Assembly (NCBI GenBank): GCA_041641295.1
Contig: JBEPYO010000001.1
Location: 1,376,001-1,440,000 of the forward strand
Source of the DNA: Nitrososphaerota archaeon
Lineage (GTDB): Archaea; Thermoproteota; Nitrososphaeria_A; Caldarchaeales; Calditenuaceae
Length of the DNA stretch: 64,000 nt
Direction: 5' to 3'
Part shown: one piece after another, positions 38,349 through 48,895 of the stretch
How the letters are laid out: every line of letters starts with the position of its first letter
Position numbering within the stretch: the first letter of the stretch is position 1
The notes under the pieces: model-generated
Told to the model about the DNA's origin: nothing
Seen by the model: only the letters and a program-made list of their open reading frames with translations
The model's database searches: none
Program-made: the position numbers and the translations under genes

Positions 38349-39560
38349 TTGGAGAAGAGTGGGGTCAGGGAAGGTGCATTCAGATTCATCTCGCTTACAG
38401 AGCAACATGCGGGTAGGCCTCCCTACCTAGTAGCCTCCGCGCCGGGACGCATGGACTTCCTCAACACACACCAAGACTACAAAGGACTCCCCGTAGTGCC
38501 AATAGCGGTCAACCTTAGGACCTACATAGGTGTGGTCGGGAAGCGCCCCGATACCTTCAGGGTGCAAAGCCTAACGCTCAAGGAGCGGGGCGAGGAGTAC
38601 GTCGACGAGTTCAGTGTCAAGGATCCTCCTCTGGTGGGAGGGGGGTGGTTTGGCGACTATCTGAGAGCTGTTGTGAAGGTGATTAACGAGAGGATTGGAG
38701 GGGCTTCTATCGGCGGCGACATCGTGGTCCATAGCGACGTACCTATTGGGAGCGGCCTAGCAAGTAGCGCGGCCTTGGAGGTGGCGTTCGCAGAGTTCCT
38801 CAACAACTATTGGGCCCTGAACCTCGAGAAGGTGGATCTGGCCGAGATATGCTTCAGGGCTGAGAAAGAAGTCATGGGAATACCCTGCGGGAGGCTGGAC
38901 CAGTACAGTGCAGCCCTCGGCGGAGCAATCCTCCTCTACCCCAGACCGCCTGTGAGATACGAGACTCTCCAGATCGGTGATGTCAGCCTGGTAGCCGTAG
39001 ACTCGGGAATAAGGCACAGCGTCAGCAGCATACACCCTGTCAGGCAGAGGGAGCTGAACGAGGGACTTGAGGCGCTCAGAGGCATGGACATAAGCCCAAG
39101 GCTTAAGGAGCTTCTGGGAGAGAGTTTTGACAATACTAGATGGGAGGAGCTGACATACGACGAGCTGCTCCCATACCTCTCACGCCTAGGCGACAAGCCG
39201 GCCAAAAGGATAGCCTACACGCTACTGGCCAACGAGTCGACCAAAAGAGCCCTCGAACTAATGCGGAAAGGGTCAAAAGACCCATCCCAGCTCGCCCGCA
39301 TAATCAATGAGCAGCACGAGCTTCTCCGAGACCTATACGACGTAAGCCTGCCAGAGCTGGAGAGGATCAGGGACGCAATGCTGGAGAACGGGGCCTTAGG
39401 CGTGAAGATAAGCGGAGCAGGGCTGGGCGGCTGCCTCATAGCCCTCTGCAGGGATGCTGAGTCTTCAAGATCGGCGCTTGAGGCTGCTTTGGCCGCAGGT
39501 GCGGTCAAGGGCTGGCGGTTAAGAATAGATAGTGGGTCAACTCTTGACTACACCGAATGA
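38349..39560 (+). CDS. galK: Galactokinase
   Basis: 'APGR', 'H.DY', 'PIGSGLASSAA', 'CGRLDQ', 'GAGLGG'; adjacent to galT. Confidence 0.85.
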   Translation: MEKSGVREGAFRFISLTEQHAGRPPYLVASAPGRMDFLNTHQDYKGLPVVPIAVNLRTYIGVVGKRPDTFRVQSLTLKERGEEYVDEFSVKDPPLVGGGWFGDYLRAVVKVINERIGGASIGGDIVVHSDVPIGSGLASSAALEVAFAEFLNNYWALNLEKVDLAEICFRAEKEVMGIPCGRLDQYSAALGGAILLYPRPPVRYETLQIGDVSLVAVDSGIRHSVSSIHPVRQRELNEGLEALRGMDISPRLKELLGESFDNTRWEELTYDELLPYLSRLGDKPAKRIAYTLLANESTKRALELMRKGSKDPSQLARIINEQHELLRDLYDVSLPELERIRDAMLENGALGVKISGAGLGGCLIALCRDAESSRSALEAALAAGAVKGWRLRIDSGSTLDYTE

Positions 39561-40558
39561 GCATAAACGAGATTCGCTGGCACCCACTGCTAGGCACGTG
39601 GGTCATAGTCGCGAGTGGCAGAGCAACTAGGCCTTGGAGGGATGCGAAGTGCCCATTTTGCCCAGGATCCCCCGAGACTGGACATGGCTGGGATGTCATA
39701 TCACTTGACAATAGATACCCCTCTCTCTCAACAACGCCAACGGTCTCGACCAACCCCCCGAGCTTCTCAAAACTCGAGCCAGGCTATGGCAGGTGTAAGG
39801 TAGTTATAGAGACGCCGGAGCATGAGGGCGACCTCGACACAATTCCCTTCAAAAACCTCGTCAAATACGTGGACATACTAGGGCGCGAGACAGAAGAGCT
39901 GGGCAGAGACCCGGGCATTAAATATGTAGCTCCCTTTAGGAATAAGGGCGAGCTTATAGGCGTGTCAATCCATCACCCACACTCGCAGATATACGCCCTC
40001 CCATTCATACCGCTCAGGATTGAGAGGGAGCTGGAGTCCATGTCCAACTACCATAGGGAGAGGGGGTCTTGCCTAGTCTGCGACATAGTCAAGGAAGAGG
40101 AGAGAGGTGAAAGGATACTGTATTCAAACAGGGACTTCATTCTGATCCTCCCGTTCTACGCACAGTGGCCCCACGAGTGCCACATCTATCCTAGGAGGCA
40201 CTTCCAGCTCCTCTCAGAACTAAGTGGAGAGGAGAAGGAGAATCTAGCGGACACACTAGCAGTCGCCGTCTCGATGTATAACTCCCTCTTCAGCTTCAGC
40301 CTCCCCTACATGATGGTCACCCACCAAGCACCCGTGAAAGGGCACTACCCCCATTACCACCTCCACATCGAGTTCTACACAATCCACCGATACGCCGACA
40401 AGCTGAAGTACGCGGCCGGGATCGAATGGGGATACTGGGCCTTCACATACGACGAACTCCAAGAAAACCGCGTAAAAGAACTCAAACAGGCACTGCAGAG
40501 AGGCATCAAAAAGCTGGAGGAGCGAGGGTACTCCCCACAAGGAGAGCCACACTTCTAA
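39557..40558 (+). CDS. galT: Galactose-1-phosphate uridylyltransferase
   Basis: 'CPFCPG', 'NRYP', 'HPHSQ' motif. Confidence 0.95.
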   Translation: MSINEIRWHPLLGTWVIVASGRATRPWRDAKCPFCPGSPETGHGWDVISLDNRYPSLSTTPTVSTNPPSFSKLEPGYGRCKVVIETPEHEGDLDTIPFKNLVKYVDILGRETEELGRDPGIKYVAPFRNKGELIGVSIHHPHSQIYALPFIPLRIERELESMSNYHRERGSCLVCDIVKEEERGERILYSNRDFILILPFYAQWPHECHIYPRRHFQLLSELSGEEKENLADTLAVAVSMYNSLFSFSLPYMMVTHQAPVKGHYPHYHLHIEFYTIHRYADKLKYAAGIEWGYWAFTYDELQENRVKELKQALQRGIKKLEERGYSPQGEPHF

Positions 40559-40638
40559 AGCTCAATAGCAACGTTCAGGACGGAGCCAGCGCCACATCGA
40601 GAACTATTTATCACCGGGTAAGTAGCGTCTGGGCTGAG

Positions 40639-41304
40639 ATGGACCTAGTCCGGCTAAGGAGTCGTCTAAGCCAGCTCTACGTACCAGCAGTTGCGGACAT
40701 CCTAGACGACATGGGATACACTGAGCAGGTTATGAAAGGCAACCTCCGTCCCCTCTACAGCGATGTTAAGTTATGCGGCCCCGCAGTAACGGTCTCAACG
40801 TACTGGTATTCAACCTACAGGAGGGGTGAGAGGAACATAGAGTCGCTAGCAGCTATCTTCGACTCCTGTTATAATGGATGCGTAGTCGTCGTGGCGTGTG
40901 GAGGAAACATGGGAGCCGCATGCTGGGGCGAACTAATGTCCAACGCCGCTAGGGCACGGGGAGCAGTCGGAGCCGTAGTCGACGGAGCTATTAGGGACGT
41001 CCCAAAAATCCTCGAGATAAACCCGCCATTCCAAGTATACTCGGCCGGCTTCACACCGGCAGACTCAAAGGGACGCGTAGAATTCTCAGAGACTGAAGTA
41101 GAGATCGTCTGCGGAGGAGTTAGAATAAGGCCAGGAGACATAGTCTACGGCGACTACGACGGCGTCGTAGTAATACCCAAACAAGTAGTGTGGGAGGTCC
41201 TAGAGGAGGCTGAGAAAAAAGTCGAAAAGGAGGCCGAGTTCCGGAAGTCCATCAGACAAGGCATGAACTTCAGAGAAGCAGTGCAAAGATACAAGGTCGT
41301 CTAG
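40639..41304 (+). CDS. RraA/HMG aldolase family protein
   Basis: 'WGELM', 'DGAIRD', 'PGDIVYGDYDGVVVIP'. Confidence 0.9.
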   Translation: MDLVRLRSRLSQLYVPAVADILDDMGYTEQVMKGNLRPLYSDVKLCGPAVTVSTYWYSTYRRGERNIESLAAIFDSCYNGCVVVVACGGNMGAACWGELMSNAARARGAVGAVVDGAIRDVPKILEINPPFQVYSAGFTPADSKGRVEFSETEVEIVCGGVRIRPGDIVYGDYDGVVVIPKQVVWEVLEEAEKKVEKEAEFRKSIRQGMNFREAVQRYKVV

Positions 41305-41312
41305 GGGCTGAA

Positions 41313-41386
41313 AGCCTCGGGCGGGATTTGAACCCGCGACCCCCGGCTTACCAAGCCGGTGCTCCACCCGGCTGAGCTACCGAGGC
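41313..41386 (-). tRNA. tRNA-Thr(GGT)
   Basis: GCCTCGG acceptor, TAGCTCAG D-arm, CCGGC-TTGGTAA-GCCGG anticodon arm, GGTTCAAATCC T-arm. Confidence 0.96.
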
Positions 41387-41467
41387 ACACTTCCAATACC
41401 GAGAGATCGTGAATTTAGGTTTTAAGTGTTCTGTAGCCAATTTCGGATTCAATGTGTCGCCGATTTA

Positions 41468-41917
41468 CTACTGCGTTTTACGTCTCAATTTAAGCGCTGG
41501 TCTATGGAATCTCTCCCTCGCCACTGCTAAGTTAAGTAGGGCGGCTGAAAAATAGAACCAGAAAACTTGAGGGGCGTCAACCTCGTTCCATGGACACCTA
41601 CAAAATGAGAACGTTAGTAGAAGATTAGTGGCTATTGCAAATCCTATTAAGGCAGCAATCCTTGGATAAAGGCCCAGAATAATCATCACACCGATTACCG
41701 TTTCCATGATGGTGATGAATAATGTAAGTAGTTCCCAGTGGGGCAACAGTATTCTCAGAAGGTCGCCGTAAATTGGCAGGTAATTCCCCATTGCTGCAGT
41801 CTGCAAGAGTTCTTTTACCCAAGCCCTACTTATCCATCTCTGGCTTGAAAAGAACAGCCAAAACCCTCCTACCGTCAACCTCAATATGATGGACCAGACT
41901 ATGATGGAGACAGACAA
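41468..41917 (-). CDS. DoxX/TQO small subunit-like membrane protein
   Basis: 'ILRLTVG.FW', 'ETVIG..IILGLYPRIAA' DoxX pattern. Confidence 0.7.
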   Translation of the reverse strand: MSVSIIVWSIILRLTVGGFWLFFSSQRWISRAWVKELLQTAAMGNYLPIYGDLLRILLPHWELLTLFITIMETVIGVMIILGLYPRIAALIGFAIATNLLLTFSFCRCPWNEVDAPQVFWFYFSAALLNLAVARERFHRPALKLRRKTQ

Positions 41918-42032
41918 GTCTTATTCAGCTATCCGCCATTCTTATTTAAGAATAATTAAGAATTTATGAGCTATAAATGGCTTGGTGTAGCTAAGCAATT
42001 TTTATAAAGGGTCCTCAGGCGAGATTCACAAC

Positions 42033-43943
42033 ATGATTATCTACCAGCTCCTCACGCTTACCCTATGGGCCTCTAGTATAGCCATGCTAATTTATCTGAT
42101 TAACTATCTATACTTAGCAGGTGTTGCCCTCTTCAAGAATTATACCCCATCGAAGGCCACAGTGACAGAATGGCCACCTGTCTCAATCCACATTCCAATC
42201 TATAATGAGAGGTATGTGGCGGAGAGGTTGATAGAAGCAGTGATCAGGCTCGATTACCCCCCAGACAAACTCCAAGTTATCATAATAGACGACTCTAATG
42301 ACGATACATCAGACATAATAGCGAGGACATTGCAACGACACAACTCTTCCCCCGTAGAGATCTTGCATGTAAAAAGGGAGGGGCGAATCGGGTTTAAGGC
42401 TGGAGCACTACAAGAAGCTCTAAAACGAACAAAGGGAGAGTATGTGGCGATCTTTGATGCTGATTTTTTACCGGCTCCAGATTTTCTGAAGAATGTCTTA
42501 CCATATTTGCTAAGCGATGAGAGGATAGGATGTGTGCAGGTTCGATGGGAGCATCTAAACCGAGACCATTCTTTCTTAACATTAGGGCAAGCTATCAATC
42601 TCGACCTACATTTTGAAGTGGAGCAGAGAGCTAGGTCGTCAGCCGGTCTTTTTCTCAATTTCAACGGGACGGCCGGTGTCTGGCGTAGAAAATGCCTGGA
42701 AGACATTGAGGGTTGGCGGGCATATCTTGCTGAGGATCTGGAGGCGAGCATTAGGGCGCAGCTCAAGGGATGGAAGTTAATCTATATACCGGATGTGTCC
42801 TGTCCTGGGGAGATCCCACCCCAAATGGAGGCCGTCAAGAGGCAGCAGCACAGGTGGGCATATGGTGCAATTGAGGTGGCGAAAGATTATTTGGCTCCCA
42901 TTCTAAAGTCAGGGATTCCTGCGCGGGTCAAGGTACAGGCTTTTTTTCACTTTACCAGACATATCCCACAGCTGATGTCCTTGATGGTCCTATCAGTCAT
43001 ACCCCTAGCTATACTATTGTCCATATATTCACCTCCCCGAAACGCGGTATTGTCGCTTACGTGGACACTATTCACTGCAGGCATACTAGTATCTACCGCA
43101 GGATTCAGTAGCATAAGATATCTCCCAAGCCTAATCGTATTCACAACATCGATGATTGTAAATAATTCGATAGCTGTTATTGAAGCATTAATAGGTAGAA
43201 AGAGAGGCTTTGCTAGGACTCCGAAGTTTGGAGAGGGTGATTGGCGTAATAAGCGTTATGTATTACCACTCGATACCCAGTCTTATTTCGAGCTTTCATT
43301 TGGAGTTCTATTGGTGGCCACGGCGCTTTTCGCTATCCTGAGAGGCCTCATAGGATATATGCCCTTTCTCCTAATAGCTGGATGCTCACTAATCTATGCA
43401 GGCTGGTTATCAATAAGACATGCTCCAAAAGATAAGCGTCAACCAGCCAAGAGGCCCCAAGCATTGAAGCTCTTAATCATAGCGGTGGTGGCTCTCACGC
43501 TAGTAGGAATCGTATACGGGTATTCCCAGACTTACTATAGGCTTGACGTTGCGAGTGCATATGTGTTTCGTGGTGCGTCTACTGGAGACGCGAGAGAAAT
43601 TGTAAGTTATATCGAAGAGTCGCTTAAAATTCTACCCGAGTCAGGAAACCCAGTATGGCTATTTCCAACTCCAAGGACTGACTTCGCCCTGATACGCCGG
43701 GACTTAAACACGTTGAGGGAACTCGCAATACGTCTATCTGGGATGGATGCGGGGACTCCTGAGTACCAGCAGGGAATTGATCAGATCAAGGACAGCCTGC
43801 GTACAATTTATGAACAGATACTGGAGGCTGCCCCCTTCTACTTCATAAGCCCTATCTCACTCCTCCTAACTATACTTTGGCTTGCAGCATTTATCTACTT
43901 GATTAGGCTCTATGGAAGGGCGCGTAGGGGAGTGGAGGGGTAG
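42033..43943 (+). CDS. GT2 cellulose-synthase-like glycosyltransferase with extra C-terminal membrane domain
   Basis: 'DDSND', 'KAGAL', 'DAD', 'AED', 'QQHRW', 'F.RTPK'. Confidence 0.92.
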   Translation: MIIYQLLTLTLWASSIAMLIYLINYLYLAGVALFKNYTPSKATVTEWPPVSIHIPIYNERYVAERLIEAVIRLDYPPDKLQVIIIDDSNDDTSDIIARTLQRHNSSPVEILHVKREGRIGFKAGALQEALKRTKGEYVAIFDADFLPAPDFLKNVLPYLLSDERIGCVQVRWEHLNRDHSFLTLGQAINLDLHFEVEQRARSSAGLFLNFNGTAGVWRRKCLEDIEGWRAYLAEDLEASIRAQLKGWKLIYIPDVSCPGEIPPQMEAVKRQQHRWAYGAIEVAKDYLAPILKSGIPARVKVQAFFHFTRHIPQLMSLMVLSVIPLAILLSIYSPPRNAVLSLTWTLFTAGILVSTAGFSSIRYLPSLIVFTTSMIVNNSIAVIEALIGRKRGFARTPKFGEGDWRNKRYVLPLDTQSYFELSFGVLLVATALFAILRGLIGYMPFLLIAGCSLIYAGWLSIRHAPKDKRQPAKRPQALKLLIIAVVALTLVGIVYGYSQTYYRLDVASAYVFRGASTGDAREIVSYIEESLKILPESGNPVWLFPTPRTDFALIRRDLNTLRELAIRLSGMDAGTPEYQQGIDQIKDSLRTIYEQILEAAPFYFISPISLLLTILWLAAFIYLIRLYGRARRGVEG

Positions 43944-44017
43944 GGTGGGATCATACTGGGAACAGTTAGAAGGGTAGTCCGACGATGTATATGTCTCCAA
44001 GAGGATAAAAAGGCGAA

Positions 44018-44629
44018 TTGGCATACAATCTAGATTCTACTAAATTTTGGGCGATATATGGGCTATACCTCTTCAGCTCTATAGTGCTTTTCAGCTGGTA
44101 TGACTTCGTGGCGATATCCTCTCTGGGTAGAGTGTCGAGGGATACTGCTGGAAATATCGTCTTCATTCATGATGGCTCGCCAATTTATCCCTTCACAGTC
44201 GTCGCAGCCATCCTAGGTATCTTAGGCACTGCATACTATGTGTGGAGAGCGGTTGGTGGTGTTAAGGGTATGGTGTTGGGGCTTTTAGTAGGTAGAGCTG
44301 CAACTTTAGCAGTTTTCGAGATATACGAGTTTATGTTTACAGGGTTGGGCGAGACCTTTTACGGATGGGCGTCTTGGACCGCTATTTATTCGCAAACGAT
44401 TCCGTGGTTTCTGTTGAAGGCAAGCTATCTGGGCGTCCTAACACCTTGGACAAGGCGCAAAAACATCAGAATCGCTTCAACAATATTACTATGTTCGATA
44501 ATAGCGTTTCTCATATGGGTGATTTTAGGCTACAGGCTACCGGACTCAGGCGACCCCATATCATATGGCCTGAACGCGATTACAAGAATGTTATTCGCTA
44601 TGCTTCCAGTCGCGATTGTCAGGCGGTAA
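44018..44629 (+). CDS. Hypothetical membrane protein
   Basis: ~6 TM helices. Confidence 0.65.
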   Translation: MAYNLDSTKFWAIYGLYLFSSIVLFSWYDFVAISSLGRVSRDTAGNIVFIHDGSPIYPFTVVAAILGILGTAYYVWRAVGGVKGMVLGLLVGRAATLAVFEIYEFMFTGLGETFYGWASWTAIYSQTIPWFLLKASYLGVLTPWTRRKNIRIASTILLCSIIAFLIWVILGYRLPDSGDPISYGLNAITRMLFAMLPVAIVRR

Positions 44630-45475
44630 ATGCGAAATTGTATTGTCCGAACTTTCAGTATAGAGCTCTCTGCTGACAGTTATCTTGTAGCTGATGTTTT
44701 TGCTTTCTTCTGGCATGAAGATATCCACCCCAGCCCAGTCAAGTCTAGGGGGTAAAACTTCCCGCCCAACGTAGACCTCATACCCCGGGGGCAGCTCCAC
44801 AGTTATCGCAGCGGGAAGGAAGCTAGAAATCAGTGTGACTCTGTTAGAATGGCACCTCGCCCAAGGCGGAGGAACTATCATCCTACCATGTATAACCATT
44901 CTGTCGAATATCCTACCGGAAAACTCATTCGCAACTATTATCCCACATGAACCCTCTACGCGGGTAAGACTTACAAGAATATAGTCGTCTAGGAATCGAT
45001 ATCTAACCTCCACAGACCCTATGCTATCTACCCTACGATAGCGTGTTTTAACAAGTTGTCCACGCAGAATCATTAAGAGTCTGAACAGCTTCGATAAGTT
45101 CGAGCCAGCTAGGTAGTGTGGCGCTAGGTAGTCGCGTAAAGTTCGATGAAGCATAGTCACGTCTAGGGGGCCAATGTATTTCTTTGATACACCGTTTAGT
45201 TGAAATAATCTTGAGAGCGTGTCTCCGGATGCATTGTCTGTGCAGTGGAGGGGAAAATATGTCACTCCCCCCTTCCTCGCAACGAGCCCTCCTATTCCAA
45301 CCCCCTCGCCCACCAGATCGAGGCTCCCTAGCCTCAGTCCTAGGCCCCGCCAAATCCCTGAAATCTCCATTTCATCTCCACCTCTTGGAAGCATGTAAGC
45401 GTAGATATTGCCGCCAAGATGAATCGACCGCTCCCCCATCATCATTTTCTGTGGCATAATTGAGTAATAATTCAA
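44591..45475 (-). CDS. Hypothetical protein (start uncertain)
   Basis: Long ORF, beta-rich, 'GRE...PRLDWAG'. Confidence 0.6.
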   Translation of the reverse strand: MNYYSIMPQKMMMGERSIHLGGNIYAYMLPRGGDEMEISGIWRGLGLRLGSLDLVGEGVGIGGLVARKGGVTYFPLHCTDNASGDTLSRLFQLNGVSKKYIGPLDVTMLHRTLRDYLAPHYLAGSNLSKLFRLLMILRGQLVKTRYRRVDSIGSVEVRYRFLDDYILVSLTRVEGSCGIIVANEFSGRIFDRMVIHGRMIVPPPWARCHSNRVTLISSFLPAAITVELPPGYEVYVGREVLPPRLDWAGVDIFMPEESKNISYKITVSRELYTESSDNTISHLPPDNRDWKHSE

Positions 45476-45508
45476 GTATTATAAGCTAATTGCGATCCCA
45501 GCGTATCA

Positions 45509-46876
45509 ATGGGAGTAGATCTGCTACTTATCTTTCCATATTTTTACGATGGCCGGTCTAGGCACTGGCAGTTTCCCCCTCTTGGTATAGGCTATATCGC
45601 GGCTTATGCCAAAACGCTTGGCTACAGGGTGGAGATTCTAGACTGCACTTTTCTGTCTCAGGATGAGGCGGTGAGGAGGATAGAATCCGCCAAGCCTAGG
45701 GTGGCGGGGATCTATAGCATGCTTTCAATGGTAAATCAGGCTAAGCAGCTTGCCAAAGTGTGTAGAGAGTCCGCCGAAGTTGTTATCGCAGGCGGTCCCA
45801 TGCCCTCAGCATACCCCGAGATTTTTCTCGACGATTTTGACATAGTTGTCCAAGGTGAAGGAGAGTTAAGTGTCTCTGAGATCTTGGAGAAGCTTGATGG
45901 GAGAGGCGAATCCAACCTAGGAAATGTGAAGGGGCTGTGGTTAAATGGTAGATTCAACGGGGGCAAAAAGTCGTTTACAGGTCCGAGACAGTTGATCAAC
46001 AACCTAGATATCCTTCCATTCCCCGCGCGTGAACTCTATGACAATGAAAAATACAAAGCCCACTATAGGAGAAACTACAAATACACAATGACGTCAATGA
46101 TCGCAAGTAGGGGCTGCCCCTTCAGCTGCGACTTTTGCTGGAGGCCGGATTACGGCAGGGTGTATAGACATAGGTCTCCAGCGAATATAGCCGAGGAGAT
46201 GGAAGAGATACGATACAAGTGGAGATACGATAGAATATGGTTTGCTGATGAGATCTTCATAGTAGATAAAAAACATGTCATGCGTTTATGTGATGAGATA
46301 GTTGGACGCGGAATCGACATTGAATGGGAGTGCCTCTCTAGAGTAGACCTATTCGATTCTGAGTTAGCTAGGAAGTTGAGAAAGGCTGGGTGCTATAAGG
46401 TAATATTCGGTTTAGAATCAGGTGACGATTACGTTCTCAACAAATTGATGAATAAGAGGATTAAGGTTTCACAGTCGGTGTCTGCAGTTAAAGCTGCGAA
46501 GGGTGCGGGAATTAAAGTGGGGGCTTTCTTCATACTGGGTTATCCAGGAGAAAACAATGAAACTATGTTAAAAACAATAAAGCTTGCCTCGTCTCTACCA
46601 CTCGACTATTTCAGCATGACTATACCATATCCTCTCCCCGGAACAGGTCTATATGACAGGGTCAAGGATAAGATGGATACATTCGAGTGGGAGAAACCCA
46701 TTCATGGTTGGGATCACAAGCTACTGTTTAAACACGAGTTTTCACTTATGAAGCTCAAGTACGGTATATGGAAGGCGCGATTTCACTGGAGGATGCGGAG
46801 GAAACTAGGCCCACTATACTGGCTATTCAAGCCTTACGAGTTCTATACAGATTGGAGGTTTAAGTCGATGAAATAA
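45509..46876 (+). CDS. B12-binding domain radical SAM protein
   Basis: 'PPLGIGYIAA', 'GG..S', 'GEGE', 'SRGCPFSCDFC' (CxxxCxxC), 'GLESG'. Confidence 0.93.
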   Translation: MGVDLLLIFPYFYDGRSRHWQFPPLGIGYIAAYAKTLGYRVEILDCTFLSQDEAVRRIESAKPRVAGIYSMLSMVNQAKQLAKVCRESAEVVIAGGPMPSAYPEIFLDDFDIVVQGEGELSVSEILEKLDGRGESNLGNVKGLWLNGRFNGGKKSFTGPRQLINNLDILPFPARELYDNEKYKAHYRRNYKYTMTSMIASRGCPFSCDFCWRPDYGRVYRHRSPANIAEEMEEIRYKWRYDRIWFADEIFIVDKKHVMRLCDEIVGRGIDIEWECLSRVDLFDSELARKLRKAGCYKVIFGLESGDDYVLNKLMNKRIKVSQSVSAVKAAKGAGIKVGAFFILGYPGENNETMLKTIKLASSLPLDYFSMTIPYPLPGTGLYDRVKDKMDTFEWEKPIHGWDHKLLFKHEFSLMKLKYGIWKARFHWRMRRKLGPLYWLFKPYEFYTDWRFKSMK

Positions 46877-47564
46877 CTAGTTTATTCCCAAGCCTAGCAT
46901 ATTCTAGAGAGGCCGCTATGAGAGCTATGTTCTGTGGAAGAGCCAGTGGGTAGCTCGCAACTACTGCGAAAAGGGTGAGTAACACTGCTGAGGTTATCCC
47001 TGTAATCCTATTCAGCTTCCCGGAGATAATCATCACGGCCAAACCTAACTCGACAGCGAAGATGAGAAAAACAGTGGTGTCTAGTCCAAAGAGGGAAGAG
47101 AAGACGAGGGCTGGAATATTCCCAGAAATGTATTGCTTAAAGTGTGCTGGATTTCTGTAGGCATCCAGGCCCCACTCTAGAAACGGGTAGGCTATACCAC
47201 CCCTAAAAAGTAGTCCCATCATCCCAGCGAGCCACGATTTTTCCCATGAGAGGCGGGACACTCTCTGAATAGATACGAGTGTGACAAATGCTGCCAGAGC
47301 CGCTATCCCAACCGTCTGGGGCTCTGCTATGGGTTCAAACGGCTTCACCATATAGGCATAGTAAGTTGTAGTAGCACACATTGCTAGTCCCGCCCAACGC
47401 GTTGCCCCAGGGGGATAAAGGAGTGCTATGCCTATGGACAAGTGTATGACAAGCATTATGACTGGATGTGGGAGTGTAGGGTTGGCAGTCAGGCGCGGAT
47501 CGAGGAGAAACGCAAGCCCCCACAACAGACTAGTAGCTGAAAGACCTAGGACTGTTAGCCTCAA
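46860..47564 (-). CDS. Membrane protein, DoxX-like
   Basis: Multiple TMs, 'FRGGIAYPFLEWG', 'ELGLA'. Confidence 0.55.
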   Translation of the reverse strand: MRLTVLGLSATSLLWGLAFLLDPRLTANPTLPHPVIMLVIHLSIGIALLYPPGATRWAGLAMCATTTYYAYMVKPFEPIAEPQTVGIAALAAFVTLVSIQRVSRLSWEKSWLAGMMGLLFRGGIAYPFLEWGLDAYRNPAHFKQYISGNIPALVFSSLFGLDTTVFLIFAVELGLAVMIISGKLNRITGITSAVLLTLFAVVASYPLALPQNIALIAASLEYARLGNKLVISST

Positions 47565-48723
47565 CCCGCATTACACCGTATACTTCACGGATATAATAAA
47601 AGTAAAAAGCAGTAGACGCGGCAAAGCGAGCCAAGAGCCTGTACCCGTCGAATAACCAAGTGGCGTTATACAGGTCAACTGTAACATTGGGCCACACTGG
47701 ATATAGGAGCTGGGGAATAGAGAAGTTGAGTATGGAGTATGCCAAAAGTGTAAGCCATAACACTCGACCTGCAGGCTTCCCGGTGGCTAGGTGTAGCATA
47801 ACGAATAGCATGATGATGTTTTGCTCAGAGACGTGAGGCCGGCCGAGTATGAAGAGGGACGAATATGCGAGGGAGAGGCTCCAGAGCCTGTCCTCATGTA
47901 GGGGTGCCTTGATTAAGAGGAGTATTGATGCGGCAGAAAAAACTATGAGCCAAACAATGCCTAATGGGATTGTATCGAGCCTATAGCCACCGTAACTCCA
48001 TCCATAGAAGTATTCTAAGATGTTGAGTGGAGACACTCCTCCGACCTGTCGCAGCCAGCTGGTAGCACCTCCCAGCGGCGTATCTAGACTCCATCCCATC
48101 AATAGGAAGGGGGCTAGGAAGATGGAGAGTGAGAGTAAAACGGTTAGCAACAGGTAGAGTATGCCTCTCTTAGGGCCGAGTGATGCCGCAACTACTGGTA
48201 CAAGCCCGAGGGCCAGCGGCTTTATGTTCAGCGAGATAGAGAAAAGGATCGCGGATATAGCAGGCCTTACCCTGCTGAATAGGGCTAAAAGAGCGATCAC
48301 TGTAGCCAGAGAGTCAGGCTTCCCCCATAAAACGCTAATGGCAACTATTAACGGATTTGTAAGATAGAAAAAGGGGTTTCCCAATCCTCTCTTCAGCAAG
48401 AGTAAGGAGAGAAAGACATTAGCCAATATTACCGGAACTTTCATGAAGATATTAAAAACGAATATGTCTCCGCCGGACGCGTAGTGGACCGCTCCGAGAA
48501 ATAGCGGCCATATAGGGGTCTCTCCTATCCCTTGCACATGAGATGGATATGATGGATTGTGGAAAATTCCACCATCATAAGGGCTTTTCCCCTCAGCCAC
48601 GTTTTTGCCGGCCACGTACGCGACTAAAAGGTCATAGCCATGAGATGTGAAGGGAAAGGCTAAAACCTGTAATATTAGCGCCGCAAACAATGTGACGCGA
48701 TTGTCAGCGGTTATTCGCCGCAT
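47530..48723 (-). CDS. GT-C fold membrane glycosyltransferase (GT87/PIG-M-like)
   Basis: 'HGYD...G.SPY', 'ETP', 'NP...WGKPD', 'IKP'. Confidence 0.7.
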   Translation of the reverse strand: MRRITADNRVTLFAALILQVLAFPFTSHGYDLLVAYVAGKNVAEGKSPYDGGIFHNPSYPSHVQGIGETPIWPLFLGAVHYASGGDIFVFNIFMKVPVILANVFLSLLLLKRGLGNPFFYLTNPLIVAISVLWGKPDSLATVIALLALFSRVRPAISAILFSISLNIKPLALGLVPVVAASLGPKRGILYLLLTVLLSLSIFLAPFLLMGWSLDTPLGGATSWLRQVGGVSPLNILEYFYGWSYGGYRLDTIPLGIVWLIVFSAASILLLIKAPLHEDRLWSLSLAYSSLFILGRPHVSEQNIIMLFVMLHLATGKPAGRVLWLTLLAYSILNFSIPQLLYPVWPNVTVDLYNATWLFDGYRLLARFAASTAFYFYYIREVYGVMRVEANSPRSFSY

Positions 48724-48895
48724 GTAAACCAGCTGTACAACACTTCTATCTCAAAAATAATACTTTAATACAATGACACCTATGTGGAGATACTTCAGCC
48801 CTATTATAGCTCGTCAGTATTCCCGCAGTGCCAAGTTCGATGGGGGGTTCGAAGGTTGGAATTGTGTTGAACAGCAATTCTTATAGCCTATTCAT

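Noticed and set aside
48825-48860. 'ggttcgaa' T-loop-like motif as possible att site or tRNA fragment
   Set aside because: No T-stem or acceptor match to any tRNA in the window
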